Source of the DNA: Azolla caroliniana
Taxonomy: Eukaryota > Plantae > Polypodiophyta
Reading direction: 5' to 3'
NCBI GenBank assembly: GCA_043228905.1
Contig: JBHGNT010000017.1
Coordinates: 11,098,001-11,162,000, forward strand
DNA length: 64,000 bases
A program made the position numbers and the translations under genes. This document shows, piece by piece, positions 45,101-59,000 of this stretch; position 1 is the stretch's first letter; each line of letters begins with the position of its first letter. The notes beneath the pieces are model-generated. The model worked only from the letters and a program-made list of their open reading frames with translations, was not told the DNA's origin and did not search any database.

Positions 45101-47779
45101 ATACTCGAATCGGTGGTTTCCGTGCCGAAGAAGAATGGCACGCTGCGCTTTATCCAAGACCTGCAGCCAGTCAACAAGGTGACCATTTGAAACGCAGGAA
45201 TCGAACTGACAATAGACGAGTTCGCGGAGGCCTTCGCCGGAAGGTCGATTTACTCGGTCGGTGATCTCTACTCGGGGTACGATCAGTTCCAGCTTGCCGT
45301 AGAGAGCAGAGACATCACGACAATGCGAACTCCTCTCGGTCTAGTACGGATGTGTACCCTGCCACAAGGAGGGACGAACTCGGTGGCTCACATGGTGAAC
45401 GCAATGAACAAAGTGCTGAGGGATTGTATCCCGCACATCACCATGCCGTTTTTGGACGACGTCCCGATCAAGGGATGCCCGGTGGAGGAAAGGGACGAGA
45501 CGATCGGACCGGACGGATGCCGGAAATTCGTGGCGGCGCACATCGATGACTGCGAGAAGGTGCTGCAGAGGTTGGAGGGAGCGAGGCTCACCTTCTCGGG
45601 GGGAAAATCGGCCTTCGGGCAATCAGAGATCATGGTCGTCGGACACCTATGTGGGCCGTACGGCCGGAAACTGTCTCTAGCTAAGGTAGAAGCCATCTCC
45701 GCGATGAAGAACGATTGTAGCTCGGTCACAGAGGTTCGGAGGTTCTTGGGAGCGTGCGCGTTCTACCACATATGGATCCCGCATTACGCTCACATCGCGG
45801 AGCCATTATATGGGTTGCTGAAAAAGGGGCAAAAATTCAAGTGGAGAGACGAGCATTCGGAGTTTGTCCGGAAGATGAAGGAAGCACTTGCCGCGGCTCC
45901 GGCGCTCCGAAAGGCTGTCTACGGAAAGAGCACTCCAATTTACATAACAGTGGACACGAGTCCGACCGGGATCGGATGGGTCGTCAACCAAGAGGGCGAG
46001 GACGGCACGTGCTTCCCGATCCGGTTCGGCGCGAAGGTCCTCAGCGAGCGACAGCGAGGATACGCCCAGGTTAAACGCGAGCTCTGGGGTATCATTTCGG
46101 CGATAAAGGCCGATAGAGACTACCTGATCGAGACAGAGGTAATTATCGAGACGGATTGCCTGCCAATTCTTGGCATGGTTTCCGGATGCGCGACGCCGAA
46201 CCTGGCAATGCTTAGGTGGATAGTGTACATCAAGTCCTTGAATCTGGAAATACGACACATTTCCGGGAAAGACAACGCCATGGCCGACATGCTTTCAAGG
46301 GCGAGGTTCGAAAATGACGGCGGCATGGTTTCAGAGGACGAGGAAGTCGGCGTGGACTTCTTCGAGGCGGCTTACGTGGCGACCAATGGGGAATGCTCTC
46401 CAACGCTTAACGACTTCGACAAGAGCAAGTACGACGGGGAGTGGCTGCAAATCGGCGGGTTCCTGAAAACAATGACATCGGACACGGCATGGACAACGGA
46501 CGAGGCCAACCGGATTCGGAAGAAAGCCCACCAATTCTTTCTCCGGGATGGATACATATGGAAGCACCCAAAGAAGAGGAACGGCGTCCCGCTCCGAGTG
46601 GTGGCGAAGAAGGAGGAATAGGATGAGTTGCTGGCAGCGTACCACGATAGCCCGTGGGCTGGACACCGTGGAACGTGGGCCACGTTCGAAAAGCTAAAGG
46701 GGAAGTACTGGTGGCCGGGACTATACCGGGACGTGCATCGGTTCGTGACGACTTGCGAAAGCTGTCAGGTGCACTCCATGATTTGACATCGGGACGAGCT
46801 TCACCCGACCTACCCTCCGACCATCCACTTCAAGTGGATGGTGGATTTGGTGACGATGCCAATGGGGGTAGGACAGATGCGGTATCTGGTGCTGGCTCGT
46901 GAAGATCTAATGAACCAGGTTGAAGGCCGAGCCCTACAGAACAAGACGACGGTAGCCGTGTGCCGGTTTTTGATTGAGGACGTAGTATGCTGATACGGGT
47001 GCGTAGGGAAGATCGTGGTTGACCGTGGTGAGTTGGACGCAGAAGAGGCCGAAGAGCTGTTCGACCGGCTAGGAGTCAAACTTTCGCTCACCACAGCGTA
47101 CAATCCGGAGGCGAACGGGAAGGTGGAGTGCAGGCACGGGCCAATTGTCAAAGCGCTAGTACGAGCGTGCGGAGGCCGAGTCGGGGACTGGCCACGGCGG
47201 CTACCTTATGCCTTGTGGGCGGACCGAACTACGCACAGTTCGGTAACCGGGTTCATGCCGGCCGAGCTGATGTTCAGATAGAAGCTGATCATGCCAACAG
47301 AGCGAACGATCTCCTCGTGGGCCATGGTGGACTGGAGGGACGAGATGAGCCGGGAGGAACTGTTGGCGGCGCGGATTCGACAGCTCGAGCGGAGGTCGGA
47401 GGACGTAGAACGGGCCGTGGAGAAACTTCGAGTAGCGAGGATAAGGAACAAAGCCCGGTTCGACCGAACACACCGGCTCCGGCCAAGGAAGATCAAGGAA
47501 GGCGACTGGGTGCTAGTCTACGACAACAGTCTCGACAATCAGCAGAGGGCCACGCGGAAGTTTGCGAGGATGTGGTTCGGGCCTTACGTAGTAACAGGTG
47601 CCAACGACAATGGGACGTACCATCTCGCGGAGCTCGACGGTACGAGAATGGTGGTACCGGTAGCAGGGAAGAGGATCAAAGCGTTCAAGAAACGACACGA
47701 CGGGGAGCTGGAGCTAGGGGGCATGGACAGCGACGACGAGCAGCCCGAGGCAAAGGACGAACCGGTTAACGAGGAATAA
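42129..47779 (+). pseudogene. gag-pol: G5 gag-PR (frame 0) and RT-RH-IN (-1 frame), with several stops and indels
   Basis: CMWCDVVGHIQKDC knuckle, LVDHGSEINLM protease, PFLDD RT, RH, IN; closely similar to G1 pol. Confidence 0.92.
44286..44350 (+). promoter_or_regulatory. Candidate -1 ribosomal frameshift signal
   Basis: G GAT TTT heptamer before the gag-PR TGA, 6-nt spacer, stem GGGCTATC/GATAGTCC, loop TGGGG complementary to CCCCA 44346-44350. Confidence 0.65.
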
Positions 47780-49954
47780 AAGCAAGGACCGGTTTTCTCC
47801 AAGCAGGAACCCAATTTTGGCGCATACCGGTGGATGCACGGTTAGGTGGGGGCGGATGTCGTGAAGAAAACCGTCCCCAGGCGCAAACCATGTATACCGT
47901 GTGTAAACCGGCCCTTACACGTGGGCACGCCCCTTGTGGTACAGTAGATAGGTAGGCACAAAGGTACGATCCTAGGTAGCAATATTCTATAGGGAGAATG
48001 GAGGAGTATCTCCCTCCTCGAGGACAGAGAATTAATGTGATGTAAACGGGCAAGACGGTCTCCCTCCTTGAGCTATAAAAGAGAGGGAGATGGGGGGGGG
48101 AGAAGGTATCGCGCACGAGAAGGGACGAAGTGTTGTCGGACTGGGACCGAGCTCCTCTCCTCTGTCGTTCTCCATAAGCTTTCTTTCCGCAGGTTCTCGA
48201 GAGGCTGATTTTGCTCCGTGGAACGCCCATGTGCTTCCGACAGAATCTCCATCTTGCTCCCCTGTGTGTGTGGGTGATCAGGCGTCGACACCCGTCTCGA
48301 CGACCTGTTCGGCTGTAACCGTTCGAGTCATCTGCATACATATATTTATATACGCGTTCTTATACTCTATCTCCTGCCCAACTTGTGTCTCTTGTGTTGA
48401 TTGGGTTGCGTTCCCGCGCGCTTCTTTGCCTATTTGTGTGTGAGCGTGTCTCTCTCTCCCTCTCTCTCTTTTCCCCACCTATTCCTCGGTCCAAGACCCC
48501 AGTGGTCCCGCCTTGTTCTCCACGCACGCACGTAACAACGCGACAACGTAATGTCACATCATTGATCTTACCAGAGATCACATATGGGTGGAAACATTGA
48601 TAATCCAATTTGTAGCAAGGTCGGGTGGTTTTAATGCTACCTTGTAAGAGCCATACACAATCTCCTACTTGAAACATAGTCGATGAATCACGTCGATGAC
48701 GATCAACAATCTTCTTTTGAGTGTTTTGGGCATCACATAAATGATGCAAAAGTATATCCTGAACTTCTTGGAGTTGAGTGAGCCGATCTTCAGCAGCTGG
48801 GTTTTGCGGGAGTTCGGGGTGTTCAAGCATCGTCCAACAAGGATGGTACCCAATGTTTGCAAAAAATGGGGAATATCCAGTAGAAGAATGTTCAGAGTTG
48901 TTGTAAGAAAATTCCGCCAAATGTAATAAATCCACCCAATTATCTTGTTGATAGTTGACAAAACAACGTAGATATTGTTCAACTGTTTGGTTGGTGCGCT
49001 CACTTTGCCCATTAATCTCTGGATGGTAGCCGGAAGAGAGTTTACAAGAAGTATGTAAGAGTTTGAACATGTCCTGCCAAAATTTCGAGATGAATTGGGG
49101 ACCCCGATCACTAATAATATCATCCGGAAGACCATGATGGTGAAACACCTCCTGCATGAGTAAATCGGTTGTCTCTTGACTAGTAATGGTTTTCGTGCAT
49201 GGAAGGAAATGCGCCATCTTCGTAAAACGATCGACTACCGTGAGAATAGAATAAAATCCCTTGGAAGGTGGAAGATCCGTAATAAAGTCCAAGGAAATAG
49301 ATTTCCATGGGCTCTCCGGAATAGGCATTGGTTGTAATAGGCCATATGGATGATGTCGAGGCTTTTTTGATCAGCAACATGTATCACAACTACGAACATA
49401 ATCCGTAACAAAATGGCGAAGCCATGGCCACCAATACCGGCGAGAAATGAACTCAAAAGTCTAGTGGATGCCGAAATGTGCAGCCATTGGCGTTGCATGA
49501 CATTGTTGCACGATTTTGAGTCGAGAAGGACCATCAGGCACATACAATAGAGTTTGTCGAAAAAGCAAACCATCATGCCAATTGAACTGGGTGTAGTCTC
49601 AACGACGATTTTGAGATTGGGAGTTGGAAGCACGATCTGGGATAATATGACTCAAAACCTCTTGGGTGAATGCATCTGTCCCAATCTGCTCCTGAATGTA
49701 ATCAAGAAGCCTTGAATCTCCCGGTGTGTTGATAGTATGTATTGTCATTACTCATAGACGATCAGGACCTAAGAGGATTTTCTTTTGACTTTCAAATGCG
49801 GCCTCTCCTAGTTGAAGTTCCATATACGAATGTCGAGATAAAGCATCTGCTTTTCCTTGTTGCATCCCAGGGCGAATAGAATTACAAAATAAAACGAGTT
49901 AAGAACTGCACCCAATGAGGTTGTCGACAATTCAAGACTCGAGCACTTTGGAAG

Positions 49955-52900
49955 TGAAAAGAGAGATGATGATAGAAAAGAGAGAGAAGGAAGATATAGA
50001 AACCCAAATCTACAAAGATATATTAATAAGGAGTGATGATCATAGAAACAAGAGAAAGAAGATACATAAACTCAAGCCTACAAGGATGAATTGATCACTA
50101 GAAAAACGCACTACATGAATAGGCAAGAATAACACCACAAGAAAAAAGCTCCCCTCACCACCTCACTCTTCTTGCTTTATATGAAGTTCTCCTCTAGTAG
50201 ATAAGTTTCGCTTGCTTTCTTTTCCACGCTTTTTTTAGAGCTTTTCCATCTCCTATTCTTAGCTATGACACAACGATCTTCTAATCGTCATATCTCCCTC
50301 ATCCATGTTCCAAATTTAGAGTTTTAAAAAGCTACGGATAGCTCTCGTCATAAGCTTTCTAACCCATATTTACACGTGATATTTGGATGTCAAACGAGAG
50401 AGTTATGAGCATTTGTTTCTGACTGCGTTTTGGTGGTCTGCTTTTTCTCTTTTTAACTTTTCTCCATCTTTATTGCTTTTATTTGGACTTATCCACGAGA
50501 TGTTAGTTCATGTCCTTGTCCTCCAAATGTGAATCCTCCATACCTTATATCCTTTTAGTGTCCAATGGCTTGAATTCTAAAAACAGTTTCACATTTAGCC
50601 CTCCCCCTTGCTTCTTGGTGAACCATTTATGGTGAACCCTAAGCTACTAATAAAACTAAAGGTTCTCCTTCGCCTTATTCATGGCTATAGACAAAGAAGG
50701 AGAAAATAAATAGAAAAGAAACAAACTATGTGAGTAAAACCCCCGCTAGTCGATAGGAAAAACCTCACACTTCTAAACACACACACATACACATTGACAA
50801 TTGCCATCACCATCTTTCTCCTTGTCAACACAAAGAAAGAGGTTACAACAATTAGTATATCTTCATCAACTTTCCAAACAGAAGTAGGTCTATGTGATAC
50901 ATAACTCTTGATAGAAGTAAGCATGTTAACATATGAATAAATCTTTCGAGCGAGCGAACCTTTTGTACAAATACCTTTAAAGCTTCAATACTTGTTAGAA
51001 TTGTCATATTTTGAATTATGTCAATCTTTGCTTCATCAACATGACTTTCTTCTTGGCACACCACATTCTCCACATTACCTTGTTTTTTATGTATGACCAT
51101 TTCATCTAGAATCTCATCTCGAAAAGGAAGCAAAAATAAATCTCGTTTGGTTGAATCATTCAAGGATTGGAAGTTGACGTCTTTCTCCTTTGGAACAACC
51201 ACAATAAGTGAGACAAACTTCAAATTCTCCATATGATAAATGAAACTCTCTTGTAACAATGCTTTATGATCTTTCTTTTGCACAACCTTAGATTCTTGAA
51301 GAGTTTGGGCAATTGGTACCTTCAATTTGATAAGGTCTTTGAAGCAACCTTCTCCTTTTATATGTGAATAGACATTTATGAGTAATTTTGGAAACTCAAA
51401 AAGAAAAGAACTAAACCTTAGATGCTCTTCTCCTTGGATGTAGCTTGAAATCATCTTCTCCAAGGTGATAATGCTTTTCTCTTCAATGACTTCTTCTTCC
51501 TCCTTAGACACCATGTGGAATGATTTGTTTTCCCTATCCCACGAAGATTCATCAATTGTTATGCTTTCCTCTTCTTGATTGCCATTATCGATAGATGATT
51601 CCTTCTCCTTTATACATTTGATTAGTTGTGGTGGATCCTTTGATGGTGATAAGTTCATGATACTCCAATCATGCATTGCAAGTAATTCTCTTTGCTCTTG
51701 ATCAAATTGTTGTTGAAGAGTTGATGCCCACATAACTTTGTTGCTATTCAATGCAAATCCAAAACACAAATCTTGCACGAACACCTTCATACACTGCAAC
51801 TTGGCACTTACCAATGCTTCCTTACACGCATTGATCTCCAAAAGCCAATCTCCAGCTATCACTTCTAGGTTACCTTCTTCATCTTGCAACTTCGTTGTGG
51901 GTACTTCACCATCAACAACTTCTTTTGTCATATCTTCCATTTCATCTCGCACATATTCATCATCAACCACCATATCGCTTGTTGTATCAATAATGTCCTC
52001 AACATGATGTACATTGGCATCACCATCCATAACATCGCTTCTCATAACAATCTCCTTAGATTCGTCTTTCACATCATCATTCTTTATATCATGGTTGTCC
52101 TCATGAACTAGATGGGGGGACTCCACATTCATCACCTCTTCTTCATTGTCTCTGGAATCACCTTCATAGACATCATTATAACTCCAAAAATTAGAATAAT
52201 GATATGAGGGAACCTGTTGAATCGGACATTGCAAGTAGGCTGGTTGTTGGCTCATGACCGATCCACAATTATTATAGCTTGGATTTATGGTATATGACGC
52301 CGATACTCCATATGCTTCACCGAATAACAACTTCTTCAATTGTTGATCATAACTTTGACATACTCGAAGCAAATCATGGAAAGACCTTGGGTACTTCATA
52401 TGCACTTCATATTGAAAATATGGATCTAGCCCTACTTTGAATCTTTCCATCTTGAAGTATACATCTTCAACGCCTCCAACAAGTCCAATCCAAGTGGACC
52501 ATATATCCAAAAACGTCTTCTCATACTCGAGGTAGCACATTGGTGAAACCATACGCAATTGGAAAAGTTCTCTTCGTAGATCTGTCGCATCGCGAACTCC
52601 ATATCTTGCCATTAGTTTGATGATGAATCGGTAGATCCAATCATCAATGAGTGGGCAACCGTTCCTCCCGTTATACGGAAAGGATCGGCCCTCCCTGGAG
52701 CGCCAAAAATGAAAAGAGAGATGATGATAGAAAAGAGAGAGAAGGAAGATATAGAAACCCAAATCTACAAAGATATATTAATAAGGAGTGATGATCATAG
52801 AAACAAGAGAAAGAAGATACATAAACTCAAGCCTACAAGGATGAATTGATCACTAGAAAAACGCACTACATGAATAGGCAAGAATAACACCACAAGAAAA

Positions 52901-53348
52901 AAGCTCCCCTCACCACCTCACTCTTCTTGCTTTATATGAAGTTCTCCTCTAGTAGATAAGTTTCGCTTGCTTTCTTTTCCACGCTTTTTTTAGAGCTTTT
53001 CCATCTCCTATTCTTAGCTATGACACAACGATCTTCTAATCGTCATATCTCCCTCATCCATGTTCCAAATTTAGAGTTTTAAAAAGCTACGGATATCTCT
53101 CGTCATAAGCTTTCTAACCCATATTTACACGTGATATTTGGATGTCAAACGAGAGAGTTATGAGCATTTGTTTCTGACTGCGTTTTGGTGGTCTGCTTTT
53201 TCTCTTTTTAACTTTTCTCCATCTTTATTGCTTTTATTTGGACTTATCCACGAGATGTTAGTTCATGTCCTTGTCCTCCAAATGTGAATCCTCCATACCT
53301 TATATCCTTTTAGTGTCCAATGGCTTGAATTCTAAAAACAGTTTCACA
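49955..53348 (-). mobile_element. Young non-autonomous LTR element N2 (TR-GAG-like)
   Basis: TSD GGAAG 49950-49954 / 53349-53353; 639-bp LTRs 49955-50593 and 52710-53348 (one mismatch seen); PBS TGGCGCTCCAGGGAGG (probably tRNA-Arg); PPT 50594-50610. Confidence 0.95.
50852..52762 (-). CDS. Gag-like protein fused to an acidic linker and RT fragments (no catalytic DD); first ATG about 52611
   Basis: 636 open codons; gag-like ERFKVGLDP..PRSFHDL; RT-like VSLIVVVPK..VNFQSLNDSTKRDLFLLPFRDEILD..AKIDII. Confidence 0.75.
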   Translation of the reverse strand: MGFYIFLLSLFYHHLSFHFWRSREGRSFPYNGRNGCPLIDDWIYRFIIKLMARYGVRDATDLRRELFQLRMVSPMCYLEYEKTFLDIWSTWIGLVGGVEDVYFKMERFKVGLDPYFQYEVHMKYPRSFHDLLRVCQSYDQQLKKLLFGEAYGVSASYTINPSYNNCGSVMSQQPAYLQCPIQQVPSYHYSNFWSYNDVYEGDSRDNEEEVMNVESPHLVHEDNHDIKNDDVKDESKEIVMRSDVMDGDANVHHVEDIIDTTSDMVVDDEYVRDEMEDMTKEVVDGEVPTTKLQDEEGNLEVIAGDWLLEINACKEALVSAKLQCMKVFVQDLCFGFALNSNKVMWASTLQQQFDQEQRELLAMHDWSIMNLSPSKDPPQLIKCIKEKESSIDNGNQEEESITIDESSWDRENKSFHMVSKEEEEVIEEKSIITLEKMISSYIQGEEHLRFSSFLFEFPKLLINVYSHIKGEGCFKDLIKLKVPIAQTLQESKVVQKKDHKALLQESFIYHMENLKFVSLIVVVPKEKDVNFQSLNDSTKRDLFLLPFRDEILDEMVIHKKQGNVENVVCQEESHVDEAKIDIIQNMTILTSIEALKVFVQKVRSLERFIHMLTCLLLSRVMYHIDLLLFGKLMKIY

Positions 53349-56025
53349 GGAAGTATGTTAGATTTTTGTGATCATTGTAGACAATAATCTGTTGAGAAGA
53401 ACCCTCCAAAAAATGACGCCATTGTTGAAAAGAATCCACAATGGCAAGAAGCTCTTTGTCGTGAATCTCATAGTTGATTTCTGCGGCTTCAAATTTCCGT
53501 GAGTGAAAAGCCACAAGGTGCAATTCTCCATCTTCGCCAATCTGGGATAGTACGCTTCCGAGTGCGAAATTAGATGCATCAGCCTCAAGTATAAAGCGCC
53601 TCATTGGATTGAGATGCATTAAAATTGGTGTAGATGTAAACGCTTGCTTTAAACCCTCAAATGCAAAGTTTGCATCTATACCCCATACAAATGGTTGATT
53701 CTTGCACGTTAGTTGAGTGAGGGGCAATACAATCTTTGAATAATCTTTGATGAACTTGCGATAAAAGTTTGCGAACCCCAAAAAACCTTGTAGATCTCGC
53801 ACATACTGTGGTGTTTGCCAATCCAAAATTGTTTGAACCTTTGATGGATCCATAGAGATGCCATTTGAAGAGACTATGTACCCCAAAAATTCCACTTGAC
53901 AATGGTCGAAACTACACTTCTCCAATTTTGCACAGACCATACTCTCGTAACCGTTGCAAAACTTGGCAAACATGTATCTCTTGAGTTTTTGAGTAGATCA
54001 AGATATCATCCATTTAAACTATGATGAAGATATCGAGGAAGTCTCGAAAAATGTCATTCGCCATATGTTGGAAAACTGTTGGTGCATTCGTGAGACCAAA
54101 TGGCATCACTGTATACTCAAAATGACCATAGTGAGTGCGGAACGCAGTCTTCCATTCATCCCCACGATGAATTCGAACAAGGTTGTAGGCACCTCGAAGA
54201 TCTAACTTCGTGAAATACTTTGCTCCACTAAGGTGTTCTAGAAGGCTTGAGATCAATGGTAGAGCATATCGGTTTCTAATAGTCACTTTATTCAAACCCT
54301 AATAATCCACGACCATACGAAGTGTACCATCTTTCTTCTTAACGAAAAAGATGGGTGCACCAATAGGAGATATTGAATGTTGGATAAAACCATTTGCCAG
54401 GTTCTCATCGATATATTCTTGAAGAACCTCTAACTCTGTGGGTGAAATGTTATAAATTGGCCCCCATGGAGGCTCTTTTCCTGGCTTCAAATCAATCGGG
54501 CAATCATATGGTCGATGCTCTGGTAATCTATTAGCCTTCACCTTATCGAACACATAAGAGAATTCTATGTACTTCTTTGGTAATTGGACCCCCAATTCTT
54601 GTGAGCTAGATGAGGGAGTTGCTAAAACCGCAAATACCATCATGTCTTCCTTCCTTCCATCCTCTCGTAACTGATGTATAGAGATTGTTGAAATTGTGTG
54701 GGATCCTAGATCCTTTGTTGGAGTTTCAAGAGACTCGGACTGTACTATGGCCTCTTCAATAGTTCTTTTTCTCCAATCAATAGTTGGGTTATGTAACTCA
54801 AACCAAGGAAGACCAAGAACTAGAGAGTGCTCTGGACTACTAATGATGTTGAATGAGATGATACTAACCAAATTACCTAGGACTACAAAAATTGGTTTAG
54901 ACTCTTCGACTATATCACTTGATGTTATAGGGCGACCATCGATGACTCCTACAGCTACTGGGTTCGGGAGCTTGTTCAAGATGATGTTTTGGGTCAATGC
55001 AAACTCGCAATCCATAAAACAAGAATTGGCTCCATAATCTAGGAGGGAAGAGGCTAGGACTCGATGACCTGTAGATGTGCTAAGCTCGACTTGTGCAGAA
55101 AAAACTCTACTAACTTGATTTGATGAAATGGAACCACAACTAGGTACTAACTCTACATATCTAGGATGGTCCAACCAAATGGCTCCTATTTTGGCCAAAC
55201 TTATTCGTTTAACACATCCTCTAATCGGCTCAAGACATCAAATCTATTCTCATGGCATGGGTTATTAGGCTTAGTAGTTAAGTTATTAGAAGTGATAGTA
55301 GAACTTGAGGTAGGGTTGTCATGTGCACTTACTTGGTAAACTTGACGTTTGGGTTTATGTGGACAATTCACAACAATATGTTCTGGACCACCACAATAGA
55401 GGCATAGGTGATGCATCCGACGTCATTGTTTCTCAACGTCTGATAAAGGCCCTCGACATTGTGTTGACTCTATTTCCATCGGAGTGGGACCATCCCTCGT
55501 AAGGGTCTGGGAACTTGTGGCGGTGTTGCGACTATTGAAGCATACGTCTATTCCGGTTGGCGGCGTACCATTTGTTGACGTTCAGAACATTGCTCAAATA
55601 GGCAATTATCACATCGCACAGCTCGACTAATGGATCTCGTGGAAAGTAAGAGACTTTGGATCTCGTGGAAAGTAAGAAGATCTTTGACATCGTTACGCAA
55701 ACCCTGACAGAATTGATCCATTAAGGCTGCCTCATCCCAAGGGATGTCACATGCCAAGAGACGAAAATCTGATGTGTAGGCTGAAGTGGGACGATCTCCT
55801 TGTCGGAGTCTTCGAATCTTGTTTATTGCCGTTCTAATGCTATCGGTGTCTCCAAAACTAGCTCGAAACTCTTTAACGAATGCCTCGAAATCCTCTAACA
55901 ATGGTGATTTCTTCTCTAGAAGTGGTGCAAACCATGGTAATGATGTACTGCTTAGCAGGTTCCTATTAATCCCACACGAGCAGCATCAGTTGGGTAATGA
56001 TTGGGATGTAACTAATTCACCAAAC

Positions 56026-59000
56026 TGTTGAGAACTCGACGTTCCTTATGTCTGACGCTCGGCCACAACCGAGATTCTTTTGTTACACAGAAAAACAGGT
56101 AATGAAACGCGACACAAAAGAGGAGAAATGGTACACAGGAGGTATACGTGGAAAACCCCAAAATAGGGGAAAAAACCACGGCAGCCCACAAGCTGCAAAC
56201 TGTCACTATGCAGAAATATACAACAGTGAGATCACTGAGGCAACGACCTCGTACTCTCAGATCTTCGCCACAGGCGGCGGTTACAACAGAGGCAACGACC
56301 TCGTCTCTCTCTCTCTCTCTCTCTGTACAGTTACGTGCTCTGATTTCTTCTTGCACCAACAAGGAAGAATAAAAAAGAAATAACAAAAACGACAACAACT
56401 GCACAACTAAAAGTTTGCCCTAAGTCATATTTATACTAATATGACTTTTCGGCTATTTACAAATGTAGCCTCGATGGGCTCCATCCGGCTCTCCGCAGTC
56501 GGGTACTCCCCATCCGGTTTATACCGGGCCTACACCATCCGACTCTCCGCAGTCGGGTACTCCTCATCCGGTTCATACCGGGCCTGCATCATCCGACTCT
56601 CCGTAGTCGGGTACTCCCCATCCGGTTCATACCGTTTCGGCCTCGGTCTGTAAATCTCGGCCGAGTTTGTTCGTCTGCACTGTTCTTCTCCCTTCCCATC
56701 TGGAGGGACCTGTCTACCAACAAACTCCCCCTTCACTCCGGCATGGGGTGTCTTTCCAGCCCGATCCTCTTCCGGCATGCGTCCAGCTTGTCGGGTGTTA
56801 GCACTTTGGTCAGCATATCTGACCCGTTCTCGGCCGTGTGGATCTTCGCCAATGCGAACTCCTGGTCATCTACCCTTTCCCAGATCCAGTGATACCTCCG
56901 CTGGATATGCTTCATCTGGGAATGGTAGGCCGTATTCTTAGCAAGGTGGATGGCACATTGACTGTCGCAGTAGAGTCGGTATTCCTCTTGCCGGATACCG
57001 AGCTCCCCGATGAAGTCCTTCATCCATAATATTTCCTTGCCGGCTTCCACAGCCGCCATGTACTCCACCTCTGTGGTTGACAATGCAACCGTCTTCTGCA
57101 GCCTCGACTGCCACGAGACAGCTCCCCCTGCATATGTCATCACATACCCGGATGTAGACCGGCTGGTATCCACATCAGCCGACATGTCCGAATCGGTGAA
57201 ACCGTCCAGATGAGGTTTTCCGGAGCCGAATTGGAGACACATATTTGAAGTGCCCTTCAAATACCGGAGTATCCACTTGACCGCGTTCCAATGCTCCTTG
57301 CCGGGATTACTCATGAACCGGCTCACCACTCTGACTACGTATCCAATGTCCGGTCGGGTACAAACCATTGCGTACATCAAGCTCCCGACGGCAGAGGCAT
57401 ATGGAATCTTCATCATATCTGCCTTCTCTCCTTTTGTCTTCGGGCTTTGCTTGCCGGAAACCTTGCAGTTTGCCGGAAGTGTCGATCCGACCGGTTTTGC
57501 ATCTGACATGTTGAACCGGTGAAGCACCTTTGTCACATACTTCTCCTATGATAGCCATAGTTGCTTCACTGACCGGTCCCGAATGATGTGCATCCCCAAC
57601 ATCTGTCTTGCCGGACCCAAGTCTTTCATTGAGAAGGTCCGGTTGAGAGCCTTCTTCAGCATCCGTATTTTGCCTTGGTCTCGTCCGACGATCAACATGT
57701 CATCCACGTACAGGAGGAGTATCAGGAAGTCCCCTCCTTCGAACTTCTTCACAAACACGCAGTGATCGGCCTGCGTCTTGTGGTACCCTTGATCGGTCAT
57801 GAAGGAGTCGAACTTCCGATACCATTGCCGGGGGGCCTGCTTCAATCCGTATAGGCTCTTCTTCAACCGGCATACCAGGTGCTCCTTCCCTTTCTCCACA
57901 AATCCTTCCGGTTGCTGCATGTAGATTTCCTCTTCGAGGTCGCCGTGGAGGAATGCCGTCTTCACGTCCAGCTGCTCTACCTCGAGATCCATGCTTGCTG
58001 CTATACTCAGCACCGTCTGAATGGAGGTCATCTTTACTACCGGGGCGAATATTTCGTCGAAGTCCACGCCCTTCTTCTGCTGGAACCCCTTCACCACGAT
58101 CCTGGCTTTGTATCTCGGGGGGTTGCCGGCATCTCCCGGTTTCAACTTGAATACCCACTTGTTTCGGAGTGCCCGCTTTCCTTTCGGCAGCTCCACCAAT
58201 TCGTACGTATGGTTCTCATGCAGGGAATCCATCTCATCCTGCATGGCACTTAACCATTTTCGGCTGTGGGTGTCAACCTTCGCTTCTTCGAAGCTTTCCG
58301 GCTCCCCCTCATCGGTCAGCAGGACATGCTCTGCATCCGGAAATCTCCGGGGCGCCCTTCTCTCTCTGAGAGGATATCTAAGTCTTCGGGCTTCGGTAAT
58401 CGGTTCCTCCATTTGCTCTTCATCCGAATCCGATTCGGGGTCTTGACCAGTTCCGGTCTCAGCTTCCTCTACTTCTTCTTCTGCCGGTTCGGTATCCTCA
58501 CCGTAACCGGCTGGTTCCTCGAGTGCTAACCGGTCTCCTGCCGGTTGGGTCTGCTCATTGTAGAGTCTATCCTTACCAGTCGACTCGGAGTTCATTATCT
58601 TCTTCTCCGACTCCCAGTCGGCGAGCGTCTTGTCCTCCATGAAGATAATATCTCGACTCCGGAATACCTTCTTGTCGACCGGGTCCCACACTCGGTAGCC
58701 GAACTCATCGTCACCGTAACCGAGGAATATGCATGGCCGAGTCTTTGGATCTAGCTTTCCTCTCCGGTCCTTTGCTACATGCACGTACGCGAGACACCCG
58801 AACACCCTCAGATGCCGGTAGGACACTTCCTTACCGGTCCATACTCTTTGTGGCGTGTCTCCGTCCAGGGGTACTGAGGGTGATCTGTTTATCACATATG
58901 TCGCCGTCAACAGTGCCTCAGCCCAAAACTTCTTGGGTAGTTTTGCATGCGCTAGCATACTCCGGACCCTCTCCATTATGGTCCGGTTCATCCTCTCGGC

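Larger units (their letters stand above)
41398..48545 (+). mobile_element. Full-length gypsy element G5 (G1 family)
   Basis: 4-bp TSD ACGT 41394-41397 / 48546-48549; LTRs 41398-42085 and 47857-48545; PBS 42090-42107; PPT 47844-47856. Confidence 0.96.
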
